The position numbers and the translations under genes are program-made. Below, in pieces: positions 60,986 to 64,000 of a stretch of DNA of 64,000 bases. The notes beneath the pieces are model-generated. The model was not told the DNA's origin, made no database searches, and saw nothing but the letters and a program-made list of their open reading frames with translations. Position 1 is the first letter of the stretch; each line of letters starts with the position of its first letter. Origin of the DNA: the human T2T-CHM13v2.0 reference genome, Homo sapiens; NCBI RefSeq assembly GCF_009914755.1, contig NC_060938.1, one strand, 5' to 3'.

Positions 60986-61393
60986 GTAAGATTCCATCTT
61001 TATAAAGTCTATAACTCTTTCTAGAATAATTACTCTAGAAATACTTTGGTAATTTTTCCAAATGTAATTTTTTAGTACATGGTACAATATAAATATTGAA
61101 TTAGATAATTGATGTGTTATATTTTTCTTAAGATGATCTTACTAATATTAGATTTATTTACATATACTTATGGCACGCATGGTATGGAAAAAGTTATTCT
61201 TGCTAGACATTATGAAATACACGAAGATGAGTAAGATCTGGCCCTAGGTCTTGGTTGTAAAACATAATTATGTGACATACGTATTTGAAAAGATGCCAGT
61301 AAAATGTGGAAATAACTACCAAATGAATAATAAGAGAGTGGCTGTTTAGGAGGTTCAGAGGATGATGAAATTTTGAGGTTGATTAGATTGGAC

Positions 61394-63868
<2,475 letters not shown>

Positions 63869-64000
63869 ATTTTTTGCTTTTCGTGCTAACTGCAATGATG
63901 CCAAATTTTCTGGTACTACATTAAAGGATTTAAGATTTTTCCTACTTTTCTTTAAGCCCTCACCCACCATTTCCTCAATGGCCAACTAACCTTCCTACAA

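Noticed and set aside
59098-61005. 635-aa ORF as a stand-alone gene
   Set aside because: It is FANCM exon 14 bounded by canonical splice sites; the listed start is a TTG inside the exon

Overview
Human genomic DNA, recognised from the encoded proteins as the head-to-head FKBP3/FANCM locus (14q21). The minus strand carries the complete 7-exon FKBP3 (FKBP25) CDS, 18468 to 209; exon lengths sum to 675 nt = 224 aa + stop. The plus strand carries FANCM coding exons 1-14 (20044..60985, c.1-4222, reading frame continuous), and the gene continues beyond the window. Introns are dense in Alus (about 60 copies or fragments) plus L1, L2, MIR, LTR and DNA-transposon relics. Most ORFs in the supplied track are Alu artefacts. 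I found no convincing wholly new biological system. The best second-look items are: a 25-codon uORF whose stop overlaps the FANCM start (TAATG); a U12-type last intron in FKBP3; an AG|GTGAGT recursive-splice or Alu-exon site 79 nt upstream of FANCM exon 10; a stop codon and AATAAA overlapping the exon 11 donor; a probable p.Ser1276Leu allele; an L1PB with a perfect 38-bp target duplication; an AluYa5-in-AluY-in-L1 nest; a fold-back hairpin with a possibly templated core; and an unidentified retrocopy-like insert. Repeat subfamily names come from recalled consensus features, not from a search, and repeat boundaries are approximate.
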